A stretch of DNA of 57,619 nt, filler included, from Jimgerdemannia flammicorona (Eukaryota), in the NCBI GenBank assembly GCA_003990765.1. It is 3 parts of 3 records of this genome, joined end to end, with 100 filler letters (N's around TTAATTAATTAA, not from the genome) between each part and the next. Parts side by side here need not be neighbours in the genome. Positions count along the whole stretch, not along the records: positions 19,243 to 38,383 come from RBNJ01002015.1; 2 more parts are not named here. One strand, given 5' to 3'. Of this stretch, positions 23,751-35,929 are shown one piece after another. The first letter of the stretch is position 1, and each line of letters begins with the position of its first letter. The notes under the pieces are model-generated. The model searched no databases. It had not been told where the DNA came from and saw nothing but the letters and a program-made list of their open reading frames with translations. The position numbers and the translations under genes were made by a program.

Positions 23751-25849
23751 CATTGACAAATTCTGTGCTGCAGTCTGTTGTGATTTGCTTTGGTATCTTG
23801 TAGCAGCAAATGATTTCTTGGTGTAGGAAGTCAGCTATAGAGAGGGCATTGACTTCTTGTAATGCTCTTGCTTCTATCTATTTGGTAAAGAGGTCTATAA
23901 TAACTATAATATAGCAGTTTCCTGATAGTATTACTAGTAGTGACCCAATGATATCTATTGTGATATAGTGGAAGGGGATAGGCTCAATTCTTGATGACCC
24001 AGGTGCCTGGTCTTGCTCTTGTTTCTGTTTTTGGTACTTGTCACACTCTTTGACAATTGATACAGGTCTTCTTTCATCTTAGGCCACTACATAGTTCTTC
24101 TTGCTTTATTATATGTGTTGGTTCCTCCTAGGTGTCCTTGCTCATATACTTCCTTCATTACTTAATACTTCTTATATTTGGATATTACTAGCTTTCCTTC
24201 TTTTCTGAGTATAGTGTTGTCTAGTTCAAACTGTTTCCAAGTCTAGTTGATGATGGTGATTGTCTAGAGTTTGAGGTGGTTGGATATCTTCCACTACCCA
24301 AGATAGCTGATTAATCCATAGTATAGCTCCTTATTCATGTTGAATAGTCTTGATGGGAGTATTTCAGAGTATCCTTAAGAGTGTATTGGTATTGGTATTG
24401 GTTCTTCCTAAGTGGTGCTTGACAGTACAGTTATACTCTTATAGCCTGTAGATCCATCTGGTATATATTTCTTTGGAGTTCAGAGTGTGAAATAGCCAGA
24501 AAAGAGCAAAATGATCTGTTTGAATAGTGAAGTGTTTCCTAGCTAGATAGTAGTAGAACTTGTCTACTGCCCAAACTACTGCTAAGCATTTGAGCTTACA
24601 TGACTTATAGTTCTGTTTTGCTCCATGGGTACCTTGGCTTATATAGAATATGACATATTTATGTCCATCTTTCTTCTGAGCTAGGACTGCTCTAAGTCCT
24701 ATAGCACTTGCATCTATCTACAGGATGAATTCTAGGTTCCAATCTGGTCTTTTGAGGATAGGTGCTTGGGTCAATCTGGTCTTGAGTTCATTGAAGATTT
24801 CTTGGCACTCCTTGGTCCATTCAAATTTGGTTTCCTTCTTCAGTAGCTTGTAGATAGGTGCTGCAATGTTGGAGTATCCTTTGATGAATCTTCTGTAGTA
24901 GCTGGCCAGTCCAAGGAAGGCATGGACTTCTGTGGTCATTCTGGGTCTCAGGTAGCTGCAACAGCCTCAATCTTCATAAGGTCTGTGTGGATTCTGGTCT
25001 GGTTGATGAGATATCCTAGATAGGCGATTTTTTGAGCTACAAACTTACATTTCTTGGGCTTGATGTAAAGGCCATACTCCTTGAGCTTCTTGAGGGCTAG
25101 CTGTATATAATTGATATGTTCCTGTGCAGTGTTGCTGAAGATGATCACATTATCAACATAGACAAAGAGCCATTTTCCAATCTCATTGCTGAAGACTCTG
25201 TTCATCATTCACTGGAAACTTGCTGGGGCATTGCACATTCCAAATGGCATTTGCAGATAGATATAGGTGGCATCAGATATGATGAAGGCTGATTTCTCAC
25301 TGACATCTTGAGTGAGACCAATCTGATGGAAGCCTGAGAACAGATCCAAGGTGGTGTAGTATTTGGCTTTGCTTCTAAGAGTGGTAAGGATTTCTTGAAT
25401 ATTTGGCAAGGGCTGCCTATCCTTCTTGGTGATGGCATTGAGTTTCCTGTAGTTAATGCAGAGTCTTGGCACAAACTCTCTAGACTTGCTTCCTTTCTTT
25501 GAGGTGAGGACAATGGGTGAAGCCCAGAGACTGATAGCTTGCTTGATGATTCCAGCTTCTTCCATTTCCTTGAGTTCTGCTTGCAGCCATTCTCTGTAGG
25601 CAGGTGGTATGGGTCTGGCTTTCTGGTAGATGGGCTTGGTATCACCAGTGTCAACTTTGTGGTAGTACTTAGATTCTTGATTGTGGATATCCCTGAAGTC
25701 TGTAATAAGTACTTCTTCATTCTGGTACAAGATCTTGAGAAGTTGTTCCTTCAAGGGAAAGTTTTCTCCAATGATATATGTGTGCTTGTTCTGGTCCTTG
25801 TCTTTCTTGTGCTCAAGTTCAGTAATCTTAGTAGTAGCATAGGCTCCTC

Positions 25850-26260
25850 TTCCAGTAGATCCAAAGCCTTGTTCTCCTCTCTTAGTCTTGATGAGTTTGA
25901 TGGCTTCTATGATCTTGGGCTTCTTGATTTCCTGGATCAGCATCTGGCCAATCCTGTCATGCTTCTTGATTTTAAATGGGGTAGTGGGGTTGTGATTTCT
26001 AACTATAAGGAAGATCTCACCAGTATAATCAGAGTCAATTACTCCTCCTTCAACTGAGATTTCACTTTTGGCCAGACTGCTCCTAGTTTTGATAATTCCA
26101 GCATAATCCTCTGGTAGCTTGACTCCAATTCCAGTGCCAAGTAGAGTGGTGGTCTGTGGTTTGAGGGTAGTATCTTGAATGCTGGTAAGGTCTATTTCTA
26201 TAACTCCTTCAGTCTTGTATTCTGGGATCTTGGCTTTGGGGTGAAACTTCTTGATCTTGA
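25850..26260 (-). CDS. dut: Trimeric-type dUTPase domain within pol
   Basis: Motifs IDL, KTRSSLA, GVIDSDYTGEI, DRIGQM, RGEQGFGSTG inside ORF 25209-26441, in frame with RT. Confidence 0.93.
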
Positions 26261-27183
26261 GGGTGATGTCTTGTTCTTGTTTCTCCTCATCATCACTATC
26301 AGCCTGAAGCTCAGGGGGCTGGTCATCTTCTTCAGCTTTCCTTTTTACTTTGGTGGCTTCTTGCTTATGTTTCTGTTGGTGGATTTTCTTGACTTCACTG
26401 ATACAGGACCAGCAGTCATTCAGGTGTTCAGAGCAGTACATTCTAGTACCATGGGGGCATCTTTCTTGAGGGGCATAGCCATCGATGATCTTGTTATACT
26501 ATTGCTCATCTATGAGCTTAGGTGTCTTGTTCTTGTTCTTGTTCTTATTCACCGAGTGTATGAAGACTTCTGTGTCCTCTTTATCTCCTTCCTCTATATC
26601 TGGTAGGACTCCCTTGTGGACATTGATAGAGACTCATCCTTTCTTTCTCTGTAGTTGATCTGCATCTTCTGGGCATTGAGGTCAATGATGGCCTTGGCCT
26701 TATGAAGCTATTAGTTACTAATGAGAATGTTATAGTTGGTGGTGCTTGTAACAATCACATCTACTGGGATGGTAGCTCCTCCTATCTTTATGGGACTTCT
26801 TGGATTTTACCAAGGGGGGTAGCTCATATACCATCTGCTGTAACATAGACCATCTTGGTGGACTCTTCAATATCCCAGCCTAGGCAGTCAATTGTCTTCT
26901 TACTCATAAGGTATCCTCCAGCACCAGTATCAATGATGGTATCAAAGATACAGTCTTTGATCTGACATGGGGTATAGGCTGATATCTTGTACTGGTCTTT
27001 GGATTCTTCATCTGAGTTTTCAGATTCTTCCTGTATATTGTGAGCTTCTACAATCTTGTACTCTTGATTCTTGGCAGTAGTTGCAAGTCCTACTCTCAAC
27101 TGCTATCTGAAGGTAGGGACTTCAGCTAGCTGTCCAAAAGTAGTATTGACCTTCTATTCCTTAAGGTCCTTGTAGATATTATA

Positions 27184-28360
27184 CTAGTGGATCTTGGTCT
27201 TGCACAGCTTCTGTTCCTTCTTGCTTTCACTTTCTCCTGAGACTGGAGTAGTGCCTTCAATGATTTGGCAGGTAGCTTCATCTAACTCCATGTCTTGATC
27301 AATCTCCTCAGATTGAGTCTTACTTTGAATAGTGACAGCTGGGGTCTTCTTTGGTCTTCCAACTGGCTTGCTGTTGCTCTTCTTATCATAGGGCTTGGAC
27401 CAGGTTCTGGTATCTTTAGTAGTAGGGTAAAATTCAAGCTCCTCATAGTATTCTTTATCATCAGTATTACCAATCTTCTTGATGACTACTGTATTGGTTT
27501 GTTCTCTGGTTCTGCTAGCATTACTTGGTTGGGCTTTGTGTCTTGTTTTGGTCATACAATTCTTTACATAGTGGTCTTCTTCTCCACATCTGAAGTATGT
27601 GATATTACATTCTTCTATAGCAGCTACAAATCTCTGTACTGGTCTCCTGTTGGCACTTCAGACTTCTCTAACAATATCACCAAGGTGTGTAGTCATTTTG
27701 GTGAACTGCTTGGCAAGTTCCTCCACTGGGTCAGCTTTGGCTGTCTTGGGGGTAGATGGAGATGGTTGTGTGTTTACAACTATAGCAGGTATGATACTAG
27801 TTGGCTTTGATGGCTCTATCTTGATACCAGTTATTTTCTCCATTGAGTATTTGGCAGGGTGTCTGGCAGTTTAATATCTCTGTACAAAGACTACTTTCTG
27901 ATCAAGAGTCAGTACAGCTGAGGTAGACTAGATTGCTAGGGTAATTTCAGGGTGAACTCCTTTGAGGAAGGTTGAATCTGCTATTTGTTCCTTGAGGGCA
28001 TCATTATAGCCAGTTAAGACAATCTGATGGCAGATTTGGGTATAGAATGAGTTGGAATCTTCACTAAGTCTCTGGCAGATAGTATCGAGTTGATCCTTGA
28101 GAGCTTTCTTAATATCTTCAGTATAGTATGTTGTTCTGAGAAAGGCCTTCATATTGGCAAGTTTGGCTGCACCATTATTAGCAATAGTGGCTATATTGAA
28201 CTTGTCTCTAGCAGGTCCTCTGAGGCTGACTGGTAGAAGGGCCAATTGTGCATCTATATCAAGAGCTCATATGGTGGTAAATTGTTTAAAGTCTTCTATG
28301 AAGGTCAGGATTGACTCTTTAGTAGTATATCTATAGAATGTGGGGGGGCACATTTCTATC
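27184..28360 (-). pseudogene. gag: gag of the family C element (disrupted)
   Basis: LLPVSLRGPARDKF...YYTEDIKKALKDQLDTICQ...FLKGVHPEI; homologous to the gag at 19243-19529. Confidence 0.8.
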
Positions 28361-28479
28361 TTGTCTTGAATTCTTGCAGGGGTGACTCTTGTAGTCAGGG
28401 TAGTTATTGTGGGGGTTGTTCATTTTTCAGCTTGAAAGTGAGGGATTCATCTTGAATCACCAGCCAATGGGCACCAAGT

Positions 28480-30101
28480 TATCATATAGTGGTTGCTGAG
28501 TTCTTTAAATATGCCAGATTTTCTTCAAGATGTCTCTTAGACTAACTCAAGTTTGTTATAAGCAAGTTCTTATTAGAGTGCCTTCCCAAGGTCTTATAGT
28601 TCTCAAACTTCTTATCTTTAAACTGTCTTGTTATCTCTTAGATTGCTTATAAAGAAGTGTGTGTATTGCACTGAGAAGAACTGACTTTATTTTAAAGGAA
28701 ATAAGAGAAGTATTTATACAAAATATAATTCAATAGTTGCTAAGATATAAAGCTAAATATAAATTCCAATAACTAAAATAAAATGCCAGGACAGAAAAAA
28801 CTGCTAAGTTCCAGGGTTGGTACTGATGGTTGTACAGGTTCAGGATGCTGGTATAATTCAGTGTTACATCAAAATACCAGTACTGGCATTATTCAGTATT
28901 ACATCAAAATGCCGGTGCTGACATTATTCAGTATTACATCAAAATGCTGGTACTGGTATTATTCAGTATTATATCAAAATGCTAGTGCTGGTATTATTCA
29001 GTGTTATATCAAAATGCCAGTACTGGTATTATTCAGTATAATTAAGAGACTTAGAGCAGAATGTTTAAGACTATAGGGCTTTATCATCAGAGGTCAGGAT
29101 ATCTTCAAAGGAGATGAGGTCTACGAATGTCTCATCTGTCTCATCATTGTCATCATATATATCATGCGGGATGATGTCATCACTGATGACATCATCACAT
29201 TCAGTGGCAAGGAAATCAGGGGCTCTCCAATCTATGAGATTCTCTTCCATAAAATAAGGAACAAATGTGGGGTCTTGAGGGGGTCTAATCTGGATGCTTG
29301 GGCCTTAGAATACTGAAATCAATCTTTGTAGGAATTGGTCTGGGTTGTCCTGAAGGATGAGATGTCAGAAGTCTTCTACTTCATCACTATTGAGGGTGAT
29401 AGTAGACTGGGCTTCTGTAGCCACCCTGGCTTCTAGTATATTGATATAGCAGGATGACAGATCTCTGAAATCTGAGACTCTAACATACTCCAAGTTGGGA
29501 ATAGACCATGGTATATACCTGAAGATCTGATAGATCTTCTTAGCTGTCCTCATTTTATGTATATTCATGGGAGTGGTATCTTGTAGCTCTTGAGTGTTGG
29601 TCTGTGGGAACTCCTGGCAGAGGAGGTTTCCTATTTTGTATTCCTGCCACATTTTGAGGCATTCAGTAGCAATGGTGATCCTGGTTTCCATTTTACAGTG
29701 GTAGAGGATATAGTGATAAGGGTCACTAGTACCTAGATTGATACTAGGAGTCCTTCTTGAGTGGGTCCTCATGGCTTTTCTGATGTCTTGGAATATCCTT
29801 TCTTCAACTGAGGTACCTTGGTAGTTTCTTGACCTTGAGGTTTGGTGGGCAGCAGGCATTTCATTTATAGTGAGTCTTTGAGCTATTTTGAGATTAGTGG
29901 GTCTTGTTGGTTACTGTTACTGCAGTTCCTTAATCCTTCTTTTATATTCCTCAAGATGCTTATACTGTGGTCACAATAACTCATAGTTAGTCATCATTAC
30001 TCATCTCATATGCTGTATAATCTTCTTGTGCTCTGATCTGGTGGCTTGCAAGGAAAGACTATCTCCTATGCTGATGTCATCATTCTGAGGTCACTGTTAT
30101 A
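28480..30101 (-). repeat. 5' LTR, family C (1622 bp)
   Basis: Direct repeat of 20794-22348. Termini decayed to TAT...ATA. About six 35-bp tandem units at ~28845-29040. Confidence 0.92.
29365..29859 (-). CDS. LTR-encoded accessory ORF of unknown function
   Basis: 164-aa ORF, sense to the element. Homologous disrupted copy in the other LTR (~21612-22107). Confidence 0.55.
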   Translation of the reverse strand: MPAAHQTSRSRNYQGTSVEERIFQDIRKAMRTHSRRTPSINLGTSDPYHYILYHCKMETRITIATECLKMWQEYKIGNLLCQEFPQTNTQELQDTTPMNIHKMRTAKKIYQIFRYIPWSIPNLEYVRVSDFRDLSSCYINILEARVATEAQSTITLNSDEVEDF

Positions 30102-30237
30102 CTATATAGATTGGCTTGAGCCCTTAGTTACTTTATCAAAAAGTAACAAAATGTTCAAGTTCTTCTAATTTATTATAATATAGACAATTTTAATAATTTT
30201 CTTAATAGGTACAGATTCTATATAACTATAATAAAAC

Positions 30238-30585
30238 TAGTACTCAGAATGAATTAAATTGAATCAAATTTGCCTCCAATTTAATTCAATTTGAAATATT
30301 TGAATCAAATTAAGGGTTAATTCAATTCAAAGTTGAATTTTATCAAAATTTAATAAATTTTAGCTTGTTCAGTATATCTTATAATAGAGAATCTAGTATA
30401 ATAAAGAATATGAAATTTGGATATATTTTCATTAAGTTATTATATTTTGAATTTAGAATAAATATTTTAAATCAAATTAGACTCCAATTTGATTTAAATT
30501 TGATTTAATTTAAATTTAATTTGAATTTAAAAATTTCTAATTTGATTTAATTTAAATGATCCTCAATTTAATTTAAATAAAACTA
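30238..30585. mobile_element. Decayed copy of the hAT-type MITE
   Basis: TAGTACTC start and TTGAATCAAAT repeats, as in 36374-36756. End coordinate approximate. Confidence 0.6.
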
Positions 30586-30619
30586 TATATTAATATAATT
30601 AATATATTGCAGATAATCT

Positions 30620-32920
30620 AGAGTAGACTATCAGCTCTAGTTTCTGAGTAAGAAGTACTAAGTTATAAATATCTATTATTGAGATATAGTCTAAGTATCA
30701 CTTTTGGGGTCTTATACTAGATAGAGATACTGTATTTATATTTTAAGTAGATTAGTTTTAGAATTATTAATAAGTTAGATTTAAGGATTTTTTAATAAGA
30801 ATACTTCTTTATTCTTGAGAGGAGAAAGCAGAGCTGAGGTTATAATATACTCAATATAGAGAGTATTATACAGATTAAAGCTATGACTAAATATAATATA
30901 CTAGATATATCTATCCCTTTGACCTGTTTTGTACCTATATTTAGAGACAAGATTTTAAAAGTTTATAACTTTTAAAATCATAATAGCTTTTAAAAAAAAA
31001 AATTACCAATAATTTTTTATATAATAATTCTACCTTTGGTAAAAATTTTACAAAAAAAAAAAAAAAATTGTTTTTAAACAAATTGAGATATATTTTTAAC
31101 AGAAAAACAATGTTTCAAAAAATCATTTTTTCAAACTTTAATTTGTCTGCTAAATGATTTTAAAAGATGATCTTATCTACAGACAAAGGGATATATAGTA
31201 TATAACTACTATATTGAAATTTTCTTTAGAAATTCCATTAGAATTAGTAATAGCTTATTACTATATATATAATGAACTATTATATCCTTTCTTTCTTTAT
31301 TAGAACTTACTTATTTAATTTTATACTAAACTCTAAGTATTTATCAAATTAGAGGGCTATATACTAATCTACTTAAAAGATGATATTACTCTAATATTCA
31401 TCTATCAGATTGGTAATGTTTCTAGGAGATATTTTATAAAAATGATCAAAAACTTAAGATTATATATAAAAAAGAATATATAGTCTTTTTATAATAATAT
31501 AGATATAGTTGTTAATAAAAAGATATAATAACCATTTGGTCTTACTGAGAGTAGTCTATTGGTAGATAATTCATCCTATTTTGAAATATTTCTTCAGTTC
31601 TTATTAGTAGTAGAAGACTTGGAAGTATTGGATCCTTCTGAGATATTTTGGACTTTATTTAAATTTGGGTTCTCAGAAATTTATATATTGACTGAGAGAA
31701 GTTTAGTAAAGATTTATTAATATTCAATAGTCATAAAGATAACTGTAGCAATCTTATTCTTAGTCTATTCTCAGTATTGTTATTAGTTATTCATATTATA
31801 GATAAGTTATCTATATAATATTTAAGAGTATATAAACTTATCTTATTAGAGATATATATAACTATTCTTTGGAAATTTTATTGTAATTTCTATTATATTA
31901 TATATTTATATTGAATTATTACTTCTTCTGTATTTGGTAGGAGATTATCTTCTTCTTTTTTAGATAGTATCATATTTAGAGTAATCTTTCTATTTTATCA
32001 GATAGTATTGAGTAGGCTTGATAGCTTATCTAAATTTTTAGTTCTTATAATCTAAGATATAATTAACTTTATATTCTTATTGTTAATTAATAATAATTGA
32101 GTCTGGAGATAGTATAGTTCTTCTATCAAAAATATTTAAAATATATGGTTAAAGCTAAAATATATAGAATATTAAATATGTAAATTTATTCAATAATTGC
32201 TAAGAGATCTAGCTTATGTATATATAATAGGTCTATACTTTTCTAAGATCTTAAATAGTCTAATATAGTGAGGTCTGAGTTTTTTCTTTGAGCTTATATT
32301 GTCTAGAGATAGATATTATATACTAAGTAATATATATATATTTATCTTTTTTATAAGTATGTAACTTCTCTTTTATTTTTATTAATATATATTACTTATA
32401 CTCTTATACTTCTATATATAATAAAACTATATGCTAATAGAATTAATATATTATAGATAATTAAGACAACCATTAGCTCTAAGTTCTAAGTTCTTATAAA
32501 AAAGTACTATATTTTAATTATCTATTATAGTAGTATAGTTTAGATATCACTTTTAGATTCTTATATTAAAAAAAGTACTGTACTTGTATCTCAAGTTAAT
32601 TAGGCTCAAAATTGTTAATAAGTTAGATCTGAGAATTCTTTGATAAGAATACTACTTTATTTTTATAGTTAGAAAAAACAGAGCTTTAAGCTTTTCTTCA
32701 GCTTTTAGACTGAGATTGATAATATACTTAAGACAGAGAATATTTATACAGATTAGAGCTATAGCTAAATATGATATACTAGATATATCTATAGTTATAT
32801 ATATACTATATATATAAGATATCTATGACTACTTATTGGAAATTTTATTGAAATTTCTCTTAGAATTTTCAGTAGCTTATTGATATATAATAAACTATTA
32901 TATCCTTCTCTTCTTAATAA
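30620..32920. repeat. Decayed direct repeat pair (~30620-31300 and ~32460-32920)
   Basis: Shared blocks such as TAATAAGTTAGAT, ATAAGAATACT and ATACTAGATATATCTAT. The first copy is interrupted by a MITE. Confidence 0.6.
30915..31190. mobile_element. Non-autonomous TIR element (CCCTTTG...CAAAGGG)
   Basis: TIRs present. Inverted copy at 6902-7174. Absent from the sister repeat near 32790. Confidence 0.8.
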
Positions 32921-33275
32921 AAAGTAATAAAATATTCTATAGTCTTTGATTAAGATGTATTTTGATTAATTACTATTATAGAAATTATACTAGTCATTTT
33001 AAATATATACTTCAATTCTGACTTCTATAACTCTCTCTATTATATAGTCTTAAGGATATCTGACTATCCAATATTACTAAGTATAAGTCACTTTCTATGC
33101 TAAGTTTAGGACTATTAGTATTAATTAGATTATTATAGCTATCTCCAGATAAATTCTTTTTATAAAGATTATTTTAACTATTTGATCTTTGATAGTATTA
33201 GCATAATTAGCTAAGATTATCTAATAGTAGATTTGAATATAGAAGATATTTGGGTCTTTATTTATTCCTTAGTAG

Positions 33276-34668
33276 TGTAATGTGCCAGCTCAATAGAGAT
33301 AAATTACAAGGTTGGGGGTTGATGTAGTTTGGCTTGAGCCCCCAGTTACTTTGTCAAAAAGCAATAAAATGTTCTAAGATTCCTGAGGTCCTTGGTGTTT
33401 AGAAGTATAATAGTCAAAGCTGGATATCTGTAAGTGATTTCCTTATTGGGACAGTTCTCTGAGTATAGTAGTGGTTTGTATATCTTTTCCTTCTTGGGTC
33501 AACTGGGAATGGTACAATTTTATATAGTGAGATAATTTCCAAAAGGATGTGATTTCTGGGTGACAGTCTTGGTGCGACAATCTTTATGTAGCATGACAAT
33601 CTCCTTGTGTGTGATGGTCTGGCAATTTAGCAGTTCTCCTTATACAGATTTGGCAGATAACTTGATTTGGCTCACTGGGAATTGTACAGCATGGGTTCTT
33701 ATTACTGAAAACAGTACTGGTGGTGGATTCTTCTCGGGCTCACTAGGAATGATGAATAACTTGGATATCGCGGATTCTTCCTGAATTGGCGGGGTTCTTC
33801 TGGGAATGCGGCGGATAACTCAAAAATGGCAGATGATGTGGATTCTTCCTGAATCAGCAGGCTTCTGAGAAATAACTCGGGTGGCGCGGATTCTTCTAAA
33901 TCAGTGGCTTCAACCAGGAATATGAACTACTGGTAGCATTCTTTGGGAAAGGGTCTCTTGGCAAAGTTACATTAAAGACTGGCTTCGTTTGCATGACAAA
34001 TCACTGTGAAGTTGCATCAGAAACTGGCTTGAGCAAGGTGGCTTTCTTGGAAAGGTGGAGAATAACTTGGAAATGGCAGCTTATTCCTTAAGTGGTGGAC
34101 TACTCAAATGGCAGCAAAGTTCTTCCTTGAACTTGGTGGCAAATCAGCTTTATATTGGAAAGTGGACCAGAGTAGAAAGGGGAAATAAGCTCACAATCTC
34201 CTAACAGTGGCTGTAGAGTTCCTCTCAAAGTGTGGTAGGCAGACTTGTCTTTTGCTTCAATTTCGGACTTTTTGGACTGAGGTTTATTCACTCTTATCTC
34301 TGGGGTAATTTATACAAGTTGGTTGCTATCTGGTTACTATGTGGCTAACTATAGATTTGCTATCTTCAGTAATGTTTGAGTGTGTCCTCTGGGTACAGGT
34401 GTGTCCACAGGACATGAGTGTGTCTGCAGGACATGAGTGTGTCTGCAGGACATGAGTGTGTCTGCAGGACATGAGTGTGTCTGCAGGACATGGGTGTGTC
34501 CTCAGAACACAGGTAAACAATTCTGATCTGGTGTCTTGGCTAATTATAAGTGTGGTGGGCATGAGTAACTATAATACACTGGAAGTCACATTATGCTGAG
34601 TAAGTATACTAATTGTTTGCATCATCTGGCTAAGTTATAATTCAGCTGGTACATTTTGGTCTGTTACA
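33276..34668 (-). mobile_element. Solo LTR, family B (1393 bp)
   Basis: TGTAA...TTACA termini, TSD GTAG (33272-33275, 34669-34672). TATA/AATAAA core like family A. 19-bp tandem repeat at ~34400-34500. Confidence 0.85.
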
Positions 34669-34672
34669 GTAG

Positions 34673-35498
34673 ATACTATTGAGTTGATTCTTCAGAGTCT
34701 ACTTGATTTTATCTATATAGTAGATAGTTTGCAACTAGGCCTTCTATATTACCATTATTGCAGTATTATCATTTTCAGTATGTATTACTACTATAAATAT
34801 AGCTCTTGCTAGTACTCAGAGACTAAATAGTATTAAAGCTACTTATTGTTATACTGATAGAGTCTTTATAATAGTATATTGCTCAAAATTATCAAGAAAG
34901 ATAATAATTAATTTATTAGAGATATATTTATAGAATACTGATAGTCTCATATCTATCTTATCTAAATGTCTTAATTCAATTTGAGTGTATATTTAGATAG
35001 TAATAGTTATTTATTATTTAGCTTAAAAGTAAGAAATTTATCTTGAATTATTAGTTAATAGATATCAAGTTATATATAATATAGCAGATATATACTAGTA
35101 AAAATGTAGCAGATTTTTTTATTTTGAGTACTTGATCTTCCTTAACTTCTTAGAGTCTTCAGATATAAGAATGGGTAAGTTTGAAGTATATCTATCTATA
35201 GACTTACTAGTTCTTTGTCTTTTTGCTTAAACTATTTCAATCTGAGATTTATTTACTCTAGATACTAAGACTATTTATACAAATTTGCTAGCTATATAGT
35301 AGTTAAATTAAGAGTTTTTTTTTCCTATAAGTTATTTCATATAATTGAGAGATTAGTATATCTGTAAAATCTATACAAATAAGAGATCAGTATATCTATA
35401 CTTTTTATATAATTATGTAAATTGTACAACTGAGAGATTTAGTGACTGCTAAACTATAATATTGAAAATCAGATTTAGATATTACAATCAAATATCTA

Positions 35499-35500
<2 letters not shown>
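34673..35500 (-). mobile_element. Decayed family A gag 5' end, PBS and LTR
   Basis: Homologous to 19243-20090. LTR starts at ~35071 and is cut by a poly(T) LINE tail. Confidence 0.75.
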
Positions 35501-35581
<81 letters not shown>

Positions 35582-35910
35582 GTCACTTGGACTTCTCTTT
35601 TATTACTAATTACTATCTACTCTATGTTATATTAATATAAGACACAGGTACACCTTTCATCTAATCTGATATACATAGATCTCTTCTCTCTCACTCTTTC
35701 TACTCCTTTAGAGAGTTACCAACCACTCAGTAACTCCAACTCTCTCTTTACTCTTCTCATAAATACATTCTATAAGCCTTCTATAGATTCCCCCTTCCAG
35801 TTCCCACTCCTACCACCAACCTTTCAAGATATCTAGCCGAAGTCACTCTCATTATGTAACTCTTACCCTAATCACTAATCATTGACCATCCTCAAATATA
35901 TAGAGCCAAT
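35501..35910 (-). mobile_element. 3' fragment of a LINE with a long poly(A) tail
   Basis: Poly(T) 35501-35577 followed by AATAGTCACTTGGAC, the same terminus as at 49895-49920. Confidence 0.75.
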
Positions 35911-35929
35911 CCCCCAAGATTTTGGGCTT

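Larger units (their letters stand above)
22730..27100 (-). pseudogene. pol: pol: protease, dUTPase, RT, RNase H, integrase (disrupted)
   Basis: PR IIDTGAGG (~26920); RT WASPIV, RLCINYRKLN, LDLFSGFHQI, MPFGMCNAPASFQ, YVDN; connection FLGLASYYRRFI; IN GNGQIERTNKTLK. In-frame TGA at 25209-25211 where CGA (Arg) is expected. Confidence 0.93.
20794..30101 (-). mobile_element. Full-length (inactivated) Ty3/Gypsy LTR retrotransposon with dUTPase, family C
   Basis: LTR pair 20794-22348 and 28480-30101. TSD CTAT (20790-20793, 30102-30105). PBS next to 28480, polypurine tract 22349-22360. Domain order gag-PR-dUTPase-RT-RH-IN. Confidence 0.95.

Noticed and set aside
25539..27874. Hydrophobic plus-strand ORFs over gag-pol (and similar ones over the LINEs)
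   Set aside because: Antisense shadows of purine-rich TE coding strands.
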